This document shows, in pieces, positions 51,381 to 63,799 of a DNA stretch of 64,000 bases. Each line of letters begins with the position of its first letter. Position 1 is the first letter of the stretch. Position numbers and translations under genes: made by a program. Under the pieces are notes generated by a model, which did no database searches, was not told the origin of the DNA, and saw nothing but the letters and a program-made list of their open reading frames with translations. Source of the stretch: Podarcis pityusensis (taxonomy: Eukaryota); NCBI GenBank assembly GCA_964106645.2, contig OZ067041.1. One strand, given 5' to 3'.

Positions 51381-53748
51381 ATGGACTTTATTGCTCTATG
51401 GATGTGCCCAACTATAATAATTTCTGTGTACCTGTACAAAGACATCATGTAATGTTTGCTTTTGGTGGGTAGCAAATAATATATACATCAGAGTTGTACT
51501 TATGAGTGCATCTCTTGCCTCCCCAGTTCTCCTTAAATTGGCTTGGATAAGCCAACTTTAAAATTTTTTAAAAATAAAATAGACTCAGGATGGTGCTTGG
51601 CTTATTCCAAGCCAATCTGCATTTAATCTGAGACTTTGGTACATGAAGCAGTTTTCTCCCAATACTCTGATTCTCCAACCCCCGCCACATAACACTACCT
51701 TTGTACACATGACTGCCCCCTCCCACCAATACCCATTCACATTGGGGCTGCTGGTCTGGCACAGAAAGGAATGTTTCTCTCTTGTCAGCACCTAGCACCC
51801 TGGTTGCCCTGAATTCCTGATGGGAGCTTGGAGGCAAACGCGTAAGTGGAACAGGTGGTGCTTACCTTGCATTTGAAACAACTGTTGCAAGCCACCCTAT
51901 TTCAAAATGCAGTGCTTGGGATTATGTATTCTGGCGTCATCTCTAGTGAGAATAGCATAGCAGTTCTAGGACAATAACTTGGTTAAGTGGTGTCTTGGGC
52001 AACTAGATAGTTTATTAGTATGGCGATCAGCAAAATGGCTTCCTCTTCTCTTGAACAAATGAGTGACTGTGAGCATTTGAAGAAGCAGACTTCCAAGTTT
52101 TCCAAGTTCAAAGCCAATTCCTTTTATCTTAGGCTGTGTACTTTTTCAGCCACCGCTTGTTGTTAACAACAGTTCTAGAAACTCCAGTTCATAAGAACAG
52201 CAGGGTGGTTGAGGCACAGTCTGTGTCTTCTCAGAAAGCACCTGGGAGGTCAGATCATTTTAAACTTCCACCATGCCCAAATCTCCTTGTGCATGTACAA
52301 AGCTAGCAGCTCAAAGTGGAATCTGAAACTGAACATTCACTACACTGCAGACTAGACTTAGCAGTTCTGATGTTACTAATGAATATAAAACTATCCCCTA
52401 GAGGACATAGAAATATTTCCAGATACTGAGGACAAACAAAATATGCAAATAAATCCAGAGGGTTTGCAGCACAGAATCTCCAGTGAAACAGTGTCCCATA
52501 TGTAATTTAAGGAACTAAATGGGCTTTTGGGATTGCTTTTCTACTCTCATGATACACTTGCATGCTTGCTGTATATCAGTGATGCTGTAGAATTTGCCAT
52601 TTTTAACCATCTAAGACCAATATGAACTGCTTCTCCTAACTCTTTTCTTTTTACCTCACCGGTATCTGAAACTCCTCTTTGAGCTAATTATTCTAATTTA
52701 GTTGCATCTGAAGTCTTGAAGGCATATTCCTTCATTGGAGTAGTGTTGCACTGCAAAATTAGTTCCCATGCTGGGTTTTGAATCAAGTGGCTAACCTGTG
52801 ACACACACCCCGGGTTATTTTTGGACACCAGCTCCCATCAGCCTCAGCCAGAAGTCTGGTCAGGAATGGTGGAAATTGTAGTAACAAGATCATCCTGAAG
52901 GGCCACCCATTTTCCATAATCAGTCTTTTAGGCATTTACTAAAGTGGAAGGGCACCAGTAGTGCTTCTAAGCACGGTGGGCGTGTAGCATTTTATCTACC
53001 CTAGGGAGAATTTGCTGCCCTCCAGATACAATTCTGGCCTGAGATGATGCGAACTGTTGTCCACAGATTCTCCATCCCTAATGTCAATTAACAAGCTTGG
53101 GATGTTCTGTATTTGAACATATCTGTATGTTCTTCAGAGAAAGCATAAACTTTTCAGCTGTGTTTATATAGAACCTTTTGAGTACATCACACACCAGTAA
53201 ACTTTTTAACATCCATGTTGGGTGAACCAGTGTGCTGTCAAATGGGGCCTGAGGTTTTATAAAGCTACCGAGTGTGGGTGGATTACTTAAGGCTGTCAAA
53301 TGAATTTGTGGCTCAGATGAGACTTTTAACTAGAGGGCTTCTGGCTCCCATCGCCCTGCAAAGATGTCTGAAAGGACAGTGTAGTGCACTCAGTTTCAAA
53401 GTTTTATTTTTGTTGTCTGTGCTTAAAATAGAAGTGTTAATTTGATGTGTCGGTGGAGAACACACTCTTTTCTAAAGCATCCTGCACAAGCTTGCTTCAT
53501 CTGCAGCCTTTGATTTTCATAGAATCTGGGGTGCTGTCACTCTTGTACTTTGAGGCGACAGACGTAAAGAGGAAGGTCATCTGATGAAAGTAGGAAGTGC
53601 AACCCATTAGCTTTGAACAAGTAGCTCTGCTAATTGTTCTTACCAGTTTTACCACATGAAGTCCAAATGATGTTGTTCTCATAACTTGCTCTTGTACTTA
53701 AATAATGTTGTCTTTGTGTCCCCCCCCTTTTTTTTCTTTTCTGCTTAG

Positions 53749-53935
53749 GTTGCTTTGAATGTTGCATTAAGTGCCTGGGAGGAGTTCCATATGCTTCCCT
53801 TGTGGCAACTATTCTCTGCTTCTCTGGGGTAGCATTGTTCTGCGGCTGCGGTCATGTGGCTCTCGCTGGGACCGTATCGATCCTCGAACAGCGTTTTTCC
53901 ACAAATGTTACTGACCATGCTTTGTTATCTGAAGT
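53749..53935 (+). CDS. GPM6B: GPM6B core exon, TM1 (GCFECCIKCLGGVPYASLVATILCFSGVALFCGCGHVALAGTVSILEQRFSTNVTDHALLSEV)
   Basis: Long polypyrimidine tract + ttag|, donor |gtaagt, 187 nt. Contains the PLP-family signature GCFECCxxCL..PYASLVAT...FCGCGH. Confidence 0.98.
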
Positions 53936-55600
53936 GTAAGTACAAAACCACTTCTCTTACTCTGTGAAGCAATTGCAGTGATAACTTTAATAACATTAGA
54001 GCTAGGAGCGCATGCCAATTCAGCCTGCAAGGAGGTAAGAGTGCCTGGCAAAACTCAAAATTTGAAGTGAATTTGGAGAGTCCACTTCAAGCAAAACATC
54101 TTTTGGATTGGGACTGTTTTTATATACAGCATATAGTTATGAAATTTGTTGGGTGGGTTGGGGAATTTGCAACACTTCCACCAGAAGTCTGCTGCTGTTA
54201 TGGATTCAGCATATATTCCCCCCCCCCCCATGTATATTCTACTTCAACAGAGAGAAGGAAAACAAGGGTAGCGATAAATCTCCCAAAGAGCATAGTTATT
54301 CAGCTCCATAGCAACTGAAGGCAAGAAAAAATAGCTGTTGCCAGGAGATCACAGACCACTAAAAATATACTGGAGAGGTACACAGGAAAGCAATACTGCT
54401 AAATCTAAGGATAAAATAATAAATGTTATCACTAACCACTGCAATTGAGGCAGTCATGACATTTCTCTCACATGCCACATAACTCCATAGTAGATGCGTA
54501 ATGGACTATGAATCTAATCTTCTGCCTCCCAGTGAAATAGGCTATATTGGTTTGTGTCTGAAGCATGCTAGTTTTCCTCAACAGGATCTTCCATTGCTGA
54601 ACTGTTCTTATGGTTAAATCCCCCCCCCCCCTCAATTATTAACCTCTCATCTACATTACTTAAGCTTAAAACATGTTGCCTCTTCTGTCCTTGGTGAACA
54701 GAGTTTGTCTTCCTTTTCACGTTCTAGATCTTGGAAAAAAATGTTAGTGGCCGTCATTTACTTCACTTCTATAGGACAGCACTGCATAATTCCTTTGGCA
54801 TTATGATTTATCTTTTGGATGTCTAGTGGATCAACTAAAATTCTTTTAATTGTGCTGCATAAAACTGAAACAAACAAATATGGTTTACATACCTCTAGAA
54901 GTGCAAATGAATGCACTTTTGCATAGTGCCTTAGATGCAGGGTATTCTGACATTTTGTATGTGGAACAGGAAACAAAACCTGCATTACAGGGTGGTTGTG
55001 AGGATACCATGGGGTGCGGTGATGACCAGAAACGAAATTTTGCAGCAAAGGGGGACAATGCAAATTACTCACAAATTGTGGCTACATATTATTTTTAATG
55101 GAAAAGATGGCTGGATCTGTTACAAAAGAGAAATAACTGCACGTTAATTACACAAATGAATGGGTAGAGCTAGAAGCTGCATTCTGTTGAGTGGTGGGCG
55201 CAATGTACCCTACTGCTACTATGAGGAATTTATATTGTGTGGATGCAGTGCACACACTGACAAGAGACGAAAGGGGAAAGCCCCTTCTTGTTGCTAGAAG
55301 GCATAGAGGTGTGTCGGTCTGGGTCTCCATCCTTGCAGCAGTGCTCATTTTGTCTATTTGAATAGGAGCAGAACCCCTTTAAATGTTTTTCTTGCTGCTG
55401 AAACAAAGCAAGAACAAAGCTCCCTTCCCAGCAGAAGCCTGCTATGGTTCCTTCTGGGATACAGTAAGGGAAGATGTTTGCAGTAAGAAATATTCTATAG
55501 TGACTGGTGAGGGTAGGGCTTGAGGCTATTTAATTATGTGTAAGCATTAGATGCTGCAGCATTTTTGAAGTTACTGGTGGTCAACTTTGGCTGTGTAATA

Positions 55601-55839
55601 CAGCGGTCAGCAAACTTTTTCAGCAGGGGGCCGGTCCACTGTACCTCAGACCTTGTGGGGGGCCAGACTATATTTTGGGTGGGGGGAATGAACAAATTCC
55701 TGTGCCCCACAAATAACCCAGAAATGCTTTTTAAATAAAAGCACAGTCTACTCATGTAAAAACACGCTGATTCCTGGACCTTCCGCAGGCCTGATTTAGG
55801 CGGCAATTGGGCCAGATCTGGCCCCCGGGCCTACCCATG
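55601..55839. mobile_element. hAT (Charlie-like) MITE
   Basis: CAGCGGTCAGCAAAC ... CCTACCCATG ends (right TIR partly deleted). Perfect 8-bp TSD GTGTAATA. Confidence 0.82.
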
Positions 55840-56315
55840 GTGTAATAGCTGTATAGAAGGACGTTAAATACTAGATGTTTTCATCCAAGGATTTGACTGA
55901 CTAGTTCAGTTCGTATGTGAAATTCAGCTTCTCCATCTACTCCGGTTCCCTTTATTCTTGAATATGATGAGGTAAAAATCTACAACAGCTTAACCAGTTC
56001 CAGTTGACAAGTCAACATTAAAAGAAGAGCAACTGGATCAGAATCTAGACCAGCCTTGCTCAACCTGCTGCTCTCCATATGGTGAAGACACCAATTCCTT
56101 TCAGCCTCAACCACCAGCATGGTCCAAGGCCAAATCTTGCAACCTGATGGAAATTATGACCAACTACATTGGTTCTTTACACAACTAGTAAATGGTCTCA
56201 CCTGTGAACTTACTACTAAGATGTTCATTCTGTCCTTGTGCTCTTGGATGATTATGAAATGAGACTTTATTTCAGAGTGACAAGAGTCTGATTGCCCTGT
56301 TTGTTTCCTTCTCAG

Positions 56316-56472
56316 AATAAAACTAATGCAGTATGTGATCTATGGCATTGCATCGTTTTTTTTCTTGTATGGAATTATCCTGTTGGCGGAGGGCTTTTAT
56401 ACAACAAGTGCTGTGAAGGAGCTGCATGGTGAATTCAAGACAACCATCTGTGGCCGCTGCATCAGTGGAATG
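56316..56472 (+). CDS. GPM6B: GPM6B core exon, TM2 and intracellular loop ([52 protein letters not shown])
   Basis: ctcag| acceptor, ATG|gtgagt donor, 157 nt, LLAEGFYTT motif. Overlaps ORF 56326..56568. Confidence 0.98.
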
Positions 56473-57534
56473 GTGAGTCCATTGCAGGAATATGGATTGC
56501 CACTACTCCAGTGGTCCATAGCATTATCTACAGTGTTGTTTGCACCAGCTCTTTATGCTCGCCTTTGATAAGAGAGAAAGCAGTGTCTTTCTAGGCTTTC
56601 AGAAAGCCCTAGCTAGAGATGCTAGCAGTTGAACCTTAGTCATCCACATAAACAGCAGAGGCTATACATCTCCCTTTAATGGTCACAAGAGAATTAGATA
56701 TTAATTATAGCTTGTTTCCTTATCCCAAGTGAAATTGCCTGCTTTTTCTCTCTCAAATAGTACTTTATTGGAGAGAGGTATGAGGCAAAAATAATTTGGA
56801 CATAATCCTCTTTTTTACCAAGTTTATGCTTCCAAGAAATTACAACTTTTAAGTGGGCCACAGTTCTGTCAAAGTTTTCATTAACACCATTCATAAAAAT
56901 GTCCACATTATATATTGTGTGTTTTTGTCCAGTGTTGGGCTTTTTGCAGCCAGGTTGTGCTTTTTTTGGGGGTGGGGATTTCTCCCCCCCCCCTTAACTG
57001 AGCGCACTTCATTTTTAACTTTATAGACCCCCCCCCCCGCCAAAATGTAATTAAGTTGTCCCCATCTCTTGGTCCAATTTAGTTGGCTGAAGCATGACAT
57101 TCTTTTCAGGTGGCTCACCTGAGACAACAGGCTGGCACTCCCTGTTGTTAGAAGCTATGCCCTCTTATCCTAATTGCGTACAGCAGGAATTGGGAGGTAC
57201 CCACAGATACTGTAAGGAAGTCACAGTTCCCAGTAATGAAGTGCCACTCCAATGACAAAGAAAGCATCCCAAAATGACTACTGCTCGGAAAGTCAGGCTG
57301 TTTTTTCTTTTGCTTACTTAAAACAAAACGTCAAGCTTTTAACATCGCAACACGGGCTATAGGGAAGGTCTCTATGGAGTGAAAATCCGAGACTTCACAT
57401 CAGACATGGAGACTGTGACATGCTCTTGGATTTTAAAGTTCAGGAGTGTGTGTACTGTAAATGAGATTAACCCTTGATTTCCTAAATTAATGAGAAAGAG
57501 GTTTTCTGTGTGAAATGTGTGCCTGTCTCCTCAG

Positions 57535-57706
57535 TTTGTTTTCCTGACCTACGTACTGGGAGTGGCCTGGCTTGGCGTCTTTGGCTTCTCGGCTGTGCCG
57601 GTCTTCATGTTCTATAACATATGGTCAACTTGCGAAGTCATCAGATCACTCCCAGCAAATATGACAGCTTCAGCGGACCAGATCTGTGTGGATATCAGGC
57701 AATACG
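57535..57706 (+). CDS. GPM6B: GPM6B core exon, TM3 and EC2 start (FVFLTYVLGVAWLGVFGFSAVPVFMFYNIWSTCEVIRSLPANMTASADQICVDIRQYG)
   Basis: cctcag| acceptor, G|gtactt donor, 172 nt, ICVDIRQYG motif. Confidence 0.98.
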
Positions 57707-59479
57707 GTACTTATTTTAATCCTGATTAAATGCTTTATCCTCTTTCCTTGTCCTATCTTCAACAGGTTTGTCTTAGCCTTATGAGATGAACCAAAAAGCA
57801 ACCAAGTGTGGAGTCTCTGAACATGTCATTACTTTTTCAATTAATGCAGATTACACTGACCTCTTTCCAGATGCACCCAGTTTAACTGCATTTGGCAAGT
57901 CATTTATCTAAAGTGATTTTGTGCCTGTTATCCGCATTATGCTATCAGGCTTAATAATAAAACAATCAGTAAAATAAACTGCTTAAGCAAGCCTGAGCCC
58001 ATCACCAAATAGTTTGAAAACCTACCATGCTAGTCTCCTGAATTTAGCTATATATCTGCATATTCTTACTATTTCTGTAATAATGTGAATTGTGTATGTG
58101 CTCGTGCAAAGCACTTTCATTTATCCTTTTGTTTTGGAATGGAAATACAATGTCAGAACAGTGTGAGGAAGGAACAGGGGTCTAGATTTGTGCACCCAAG
58201 AATCACACATTATGGGAACAGATCTTTTTTACCTGATTAACGTCACACACACTATGCAGTTGTTCCTATCATTAATGTTTATTTGGTGACAAATACTGTT
58301 TAGCCCCCACTCTCCCCTGGGACTGGGATTATTTGTGTGGGATTAGGAGTGAGAGACACGATCACCTCCAAAAAGGAAGGGCAATAGAACACAGGGCAGT
58401 TGAACACATAAGAGAAGTTGAGTCAATTTACTTCTAGAGGTTACATCCAGATTCCAGGTATTTTAAGGTTCCTAACATACTTTCTCTGATATTGGCTAAA
58501 GAAGAGTGCAAATCTTTCAGAAAGGCCGGTGGAAATGAGATGTGTGGGGAGGGCACAGTAGAGGCGAGCTTGGGAAATAATGGGTTTTTATCCACTGCTA
58601 GTCCTTCTCAGAGTAAACCCATTGAAGTTAATGGACACAACTCACTTTCATCCAACTTAGTTGGATACAAGCCAATAGAACTACTTATAGATTCCAAGAC
58701 AAAGTAGCTGTTCTCCTCTAGTCCTGCTGCTTCTGTGCTGCTGCAAGCTATGCCATGACTGTTGAGTTGGCATGTTGCCCAAACCTTGGCTCATAGTTTT
58801 TCTCACTCCACATGGCTTAGTGATCCACACACTTCTCCATTGTTTTATAACTCTCATACACATACCTACTGCTGTATAGCTCCCCCCACCTCCCAAAAAG
58901 GTCAAAGATGAATATATTTGATGAATATCTTCTATAGTGCAATATGTTGAGGTACTTCCACCAAGAAGAAAATGGCCTGAAGATCAGTAATGAAGAAAAG
59001 GAACAGAGGCTTTAATGGAGGAAGAGAGGTGGCTTGCAGAGATAATTCTGAATAGTTCCTCTGCAATTGACCACAATTGCAATCTCAATCCACAAAGTTT
59101 AAGGCAGAGCCTGTAAAGATGCAAGCACCGTTTTCAGCAATCCCTTTGCCCATTCAATAGTCAGGAAGCACAGCATATGACAGTGATTAAAAAGAAGAAG
59201 AGTGTCCATAGTGACTAAAACAACCATTTGTCCGCCATATGGGAATCCTAGATCTGAGAACATCTCTTGGCAAGGAGAATCTCTCCTGGATGTAGAAAGG
59301 GAACACTGTTAAGTGATTTTGTACTTGATGGTGCCAACTCCAGATTGAACTGGTCAATGTGTGGGTGCTTGTTAAAGGAACACAACTTGCGTGTAGGTGG
59401 GGAAGGGAAATGGATTTCAGAAGGAAGAATGACATCAGCTATCAGCTTTAACAATGGCTTTTTGATATTTTAACTTCAG

Positions 59480-59553
59480 GTATCATCCCTTGGAATGCTG
59501 TGCCTGGCAAGGCATGTGGGTCAGCATTAGCAGATATGTGCAGCACCCCTGAG
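59480..59553 (+). CDS. GPM6B: GPM6B core exon, EC2 (GIIPWNAVPGKACGSALADMCSTPE)
   Basis: ttcag| acceptor, GAG|gtaaac donor, 74 nt, PWNAxPGKxCG motif. Confidence 0.97.
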
Positions 59554-60792
59554 GTAAACGAGACTACAACACCCGGTGCTTGTGTTGCATATCTTGACAA
59601 CTGGGATATAAACAATTGGTCTGCTAAAACATTAATGCTCGTGCCATTTATTTTGTTAAAAAAAGGTTTCTTAATCATGCAGAATGAATGATACAACATT
59701 CTGAGGATATAGGTCTGCACTACTTGTTGCGAGGTTAAGTGGTTCTGTGGATAGCCAGTTGAGAGATAACGGTATTTCTCCTCCCACCCCTTCAGTAGCT
59801 GGAATACATAGTGCTGAAAAATTATTTCATCAAGCGACATCAATTTTGCATAAAACACATCAATATGGTAAACACTAGGATACAGTGTATAGACAAGTAA
59901 TCAATGCTTAATTAATATGCCAGGCTTCCTTTGAATAAGGAACAACTGCAAAAATAGTGCCCTCGGAATAGGCTGTCTCCTATCTTTATTGCTAAGGCAT
60001 CATACTGACTGGGTTGTTGTGGTCCATAGCATCTCTCTCCTCCTAATCAGTTTGTCTAACTGCGATTGAGTTAGTGACAGGCAGTAACACACAGCTGCCA
60101 GTTATAAAAGCACCTATTCCAGGCAGGTTGGGCAGGTTTGCCTTATTATGCTGCCTTCCATGTCATTCCATGCATGTGGGTAACAAGGGCGCACACAGGT
60201 TTTTAAATGTGTGGAGCATCCCTCAGTTACGACTGTGGGCTAGAATAATGTTAATAGAGGTTGGAGTGGTGCTAATGGAACTGCCGTGGTGGTGGCCCTA
60301 GTCTCACTCAGAATAATAATTTTGCATTTGTTCATTCTTTTCTCTTGGCTGGCATGGATAAAAATTGCCCTGAATAAGCTGCACATGAGGCGACCAGCAT
60401 CCAGTTACTGAGGCTAACATTTTTTTCCAGTCGCAATCAGAGAGATGAGTAGAAGTTTCCTGTATGCAGAATCTGATTCCCACTAGGCTTCTTCCATGCT
60501 ATCATGGTCACACCTGTGTTCACAGTTGTGTGAAGGAACCTGGCCTTTAGGTACAACTGGCAGTGTTATGTTGCAGCAACACTGGCACAGACTCCTTGTC
60601 AGAATAGCTTGAAGTGCCATACGTTTTGACATTGGACTTGCAGAGTACTCACTACGTCCCCTCAAAAATATTTGTTGGTGCAGTGGCTCATGGAATCAGA
60701 CCTTCCTCCACACTAGGCAGCCTCCCAAGAGTTATATTTGTTAATGTGCCATGGAGCTCCTAGGACAATGATTTTCCTCTTTACTGTTATAG

Positions 60793-60858
60793 TTCTATTT
60801 GTCTTACCACCTGTTCATTGTGGCGTGTGCTGGAGCTGGTGCTACTGTCATAGCCCTG
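60793..60858 (+). CDS. GPM6B: GPM6B core exon, TM4 start (FYLSYHLFIVACAGAGATVIAL)
   Basis: ttatag| acceptor, CTG|gtgagt donor, 66 nt, phase 0-0, HLFIVACAGAGA motif. Confidence 0.97.
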
Positions 60859-61586
60859 GTGAGTACCATCATCCTCTCTCTCTCATAAAATAACCACGTA
60901 TTCCCTTTTCAGATGTAATCTTTAAAATATTGTTTAACTTAAACTAAGTAATAATTTTTGTGTTTGTTGGCACCTGATTGTAGTTTTCTCAGGATATTCC
61001 AAATAGCAGGCAAGTGCTTACATTTCCCAGTAAAGCTTTGCACCAAAGCAAGCTTTAAAATAGTTCTTTTGGTTCTGTTGTATTTTGCTATTCGTTTACC
61101 TCCATCCTGTTGCATGGCCAATTTATGGCATTTTTGAATATAGCTATTTTGCCATTAGTATGTAGAACTTCCCAGCATCAGGACACTTCAGAGGTTTCCT
61201 ACATTTGAAAATAGTTTTAATTAATACTCCTGTCTTTCCTTCCTTTAAGTCCTTTGGGGAGTATGAAAAGTACCTGAATGTACTGAAGCTAGTTAGTCTG
61301 ATTAAAAACAAGACCCATTTATAGTCAATGTACTGTTGCAGCAACCTGCATTCAATCTTCTGTTGCCAAATTCATTTAAAGTCATAATTTATCAATGTAC
61401 TTCCCACTGAAACAACCAGGGACCCTTACATAGCTTAGGTAAAGCAGAGCTAGTCATTTTTGCCATAGCTCTCAGTGAAATCCGTGCCTGACACAGTATA
61501 AATTTTCATTCTAACACAAAGAACTGCCTAAAAGGCCAGTAGAATTTGTTGTCTCTTATACGCTGTGTTTTGTTCTCTTCCACCAG

Positions 61587-61667
61587 CTGATCTACATGAT
61601 GGCTACCACATATAACTATGCCGTTTTGAAGTTTAAGAGTCGGGAAGATTGCTGCACTAAATTCTAA
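61587..61667 (+). CDS. GPM6B: GPM6B proximal alternative terminal exon (LIYMMATTYNYAVLKFKSREDCCTKF*)
   Basis: Pyrimidine tract + caccag| acceptor, phase 0, TAA at 61665-61667. Matches the recalled short M6b C-terminus. Confidence 0.95.
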   Translation: MIYMMATTYNYAVLKFKSREDCCTKF

Positions 61668-62044
61668 ATTGCATAAGCCCAGTAAAGAGCTGCACTGTGT
61701 AGCTTGAAAAACCACTGACACCCTAGACTAAAGAGTCTAGCTTTTTTGAAGTTTGTTACAGTAAATTGTAAATAGCTTCAGTAAGCATCTTTAAGCATTT
61801 TAGATTAATTCAAATTTATTTCTTGTATATGAATAATGATGTGGGTGAGAGCTGGCTATTTTCTATACTATGAGAGGATTGTTATTTTCAGTGATGTTGT
61901 AAATCATCCCTTTAAAGGAAGGAGGGCTTTCATTTAACATCAAGCTATATTTTTTTTCTAACAATCATCTCTGAAATAATTACTGGATCAATTAAGGGCC
62001 TGTAATAAGTTATTTTGTCTCTGCTGTTCACTAATCTGAAAAAT

Positions 62045-62050
62045 AATAAA
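62045..62050 (+). terminator. Candidate poly(A) signal for the proximal terminal exon
   Basis: AATAAA about 380 nt after the 61667 stop and before the distal exon. Confidence 0.5.
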
Positions 62051-62931
62051 GCATCTGTTCTACAAATAGATGGCACACAAGATACATGCTTGATTCTTGA
62101 TAACTGTCAGTGCCTACTTTTTAGATTGCTGTCAAAGTGCTCTTCTAAAGTACCACACATTTGCCTCTCATTTTTTCTGTATAACACCAGCCCTTTGGGT
62201 TTTTACTGGTCAAATGTTTTGAGAGACAACTAATTAGGCTCATTGAAGAACACCCTTTTCATTAGCTGACATTTTCATTTCCCCCCCAAAATAAGAAACA
62301 AAAGCCATGCAGTTCTCTAGCAAAAGCATGGAAACAAGTTCATTCCACCCCAACCCTCGCCTATGAGAAATAGAAAACATCAACTTTTGTGGCAAAGGCT
62401 ATGTGCTACTAACTTCTTTGTCAGTGATCAGCTTCCAAAGTATAACCATGCAGCACGCAAAGCAAACCCTTTTATATAGAAAGCTGCATTTTAGAAAAAA
62501 ACTATTTTTGCCCCAGTGAGTATGGCGAAACGCAACTGTCCTAAGAGGATAACTATATAAAATTTCCACATTACAATTTTCCTTTACTCAAGAGGATGGG
62601 GGAAGAAACAGGGAAAGGAAGAAACGATCACAGATTTATCTTGAGTTGCTCTTCTAGGCTTCAGCATGTAAACTTGCAATGTATTTTCAAAGCTTTTCCG
62701 TTTCTGTTGTTCTTTCGCATTAACTGCTTTTGTTCCTATTTCCTACTAACTTTTGCCAGTACCTACTTAGTAGAATTAAGCATGCAAAATTCTAGAGATC
62801 TTTAGAAATAAGCCTCTTTGCCTTTTTTAATATTTAATAATGTAGAATAACTTTTAAAAATTAATCTTACTAGCTGCCTGCTTTGCCTCTTGACATGCTC
62901 ACTAGCCATCATGCTCACCCTTCTCTTCCAG

Positions 62932-63081
62932 ATACACTTCCTCATGATACTGTCCTCTAACTGGGCCTACTTAAAGGATGCGAGCAAAATGCAGGCTTAC
63001 CAGGATATCAAAGCAAAAGAAGAACAGGAGCTTCAGGATATCCAGTCTCGGTCCAAAGAGCAGCTCAATTCTTACACATAA
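62932..63081 (+). CDS. GPM6B: GPM6B distal alternative terminal exon (IHFLMILSSNWAYLKDASKMQAYQDIKAKEEQELQDIQSRSKEQLNSYT*)
   Basis: ttctcttccag| acceptor, phase 0, stop at 63079-63081. Matches the recalled long M6b C-terminus. Confidence 0.97.
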   Translation: MHFLMILSSNWAYLKDASKMQAYQDIKAKEEQELQDIQSRSKEQLNSYT

Positions 63082-63793
63082 ATTGTTTGCCAGAAGAATT
63101 TTGTAGCTCTGACAAATCATCAAGCAGCTGCTCTGCAGAACAGATGCATGTCCAAGCAAATGCAGAAGTATAAAAACTTCACATTCATGCTCCTGGGCCA
63201 TGATCATAGGGAAAATTTGCAGTGGATATCCTCCATTCCTTTAGCACTGCGATTGGAGGGTTTGGGGGGGGGAGGGAGGGGGGAGAGGTTCTCTCTAGGC
63301 CACTTTAGAAAAACATGTTACCAGGTCAAGGATCTTTATGGATATCTCTTGGCAATTATAAAAGAATTACTAAAGGAACACGCTCCTTTCAAAACAGGCT
63401 ACCACAGTTGGTATCCAGCCCTACAATGACTAAAAGGTTTTAAAGGCTGTATATAATTACACAGATGTAAGTAACTAAGATTCTAGTATGACTAGTTATT
63501 CCCTTTCTTCTGAATACTGATAGTTGTGCTTATTTGATACAGTTTCAGGAAGTTACAAATAATCTTATTCAGTCTCTGTCAAAATTAAAACTGGATTTTG
63601 TGGACTAAATGCCAGAAGTGTTATTTTCTGAGCCACTCCCTTTCACCGATGCTGTAATGAGCCACTGTTGTTCTACTGCACTTACCAGAGTAAGCTGGGC
63701 ACTGTTGCCCAGAGTTTGTTTTCTTTTAATTTTATACCGTTTGATGGAATGTAGACAGACCCTTGGATCAGGATAATGATCCCCTTCTCAGAA

Positions 63794-63799
63794 AATAAA
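63794..63799 (+). terminator. Candidate poly(A) signal in the 3' UTR of the distal terminal exon
   Basis: AATAAA followed by T-rich sequence. The UTR may continue past the window. Confidence 0.35.

Noticed and set aside
56473-56568. PLP-style exon 3B extension after the TM2 exon
   Set aside because: The read-through frame hits a stop at 56566-56568, shows no similarity to the PLP-specific insert, and a strong GTGAGT donor sits at 56473.
62744-62750. TACTAAC as a distant branch point for the distal terminal exon
   Set aside because: Several AG dinucleotides lie between it and the acceptor at 62930-62931, and closer CTCAC candidates exist (~62898, ~62914). It is retained only as a possible QKI/SF1 site.
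63148-63429. 93-aa ORF downstream of the GPM6B stop
   Set aside because: It lies in the 3' UTR with no recognisable domain, and the TAA stop context does not suggest readthrough.
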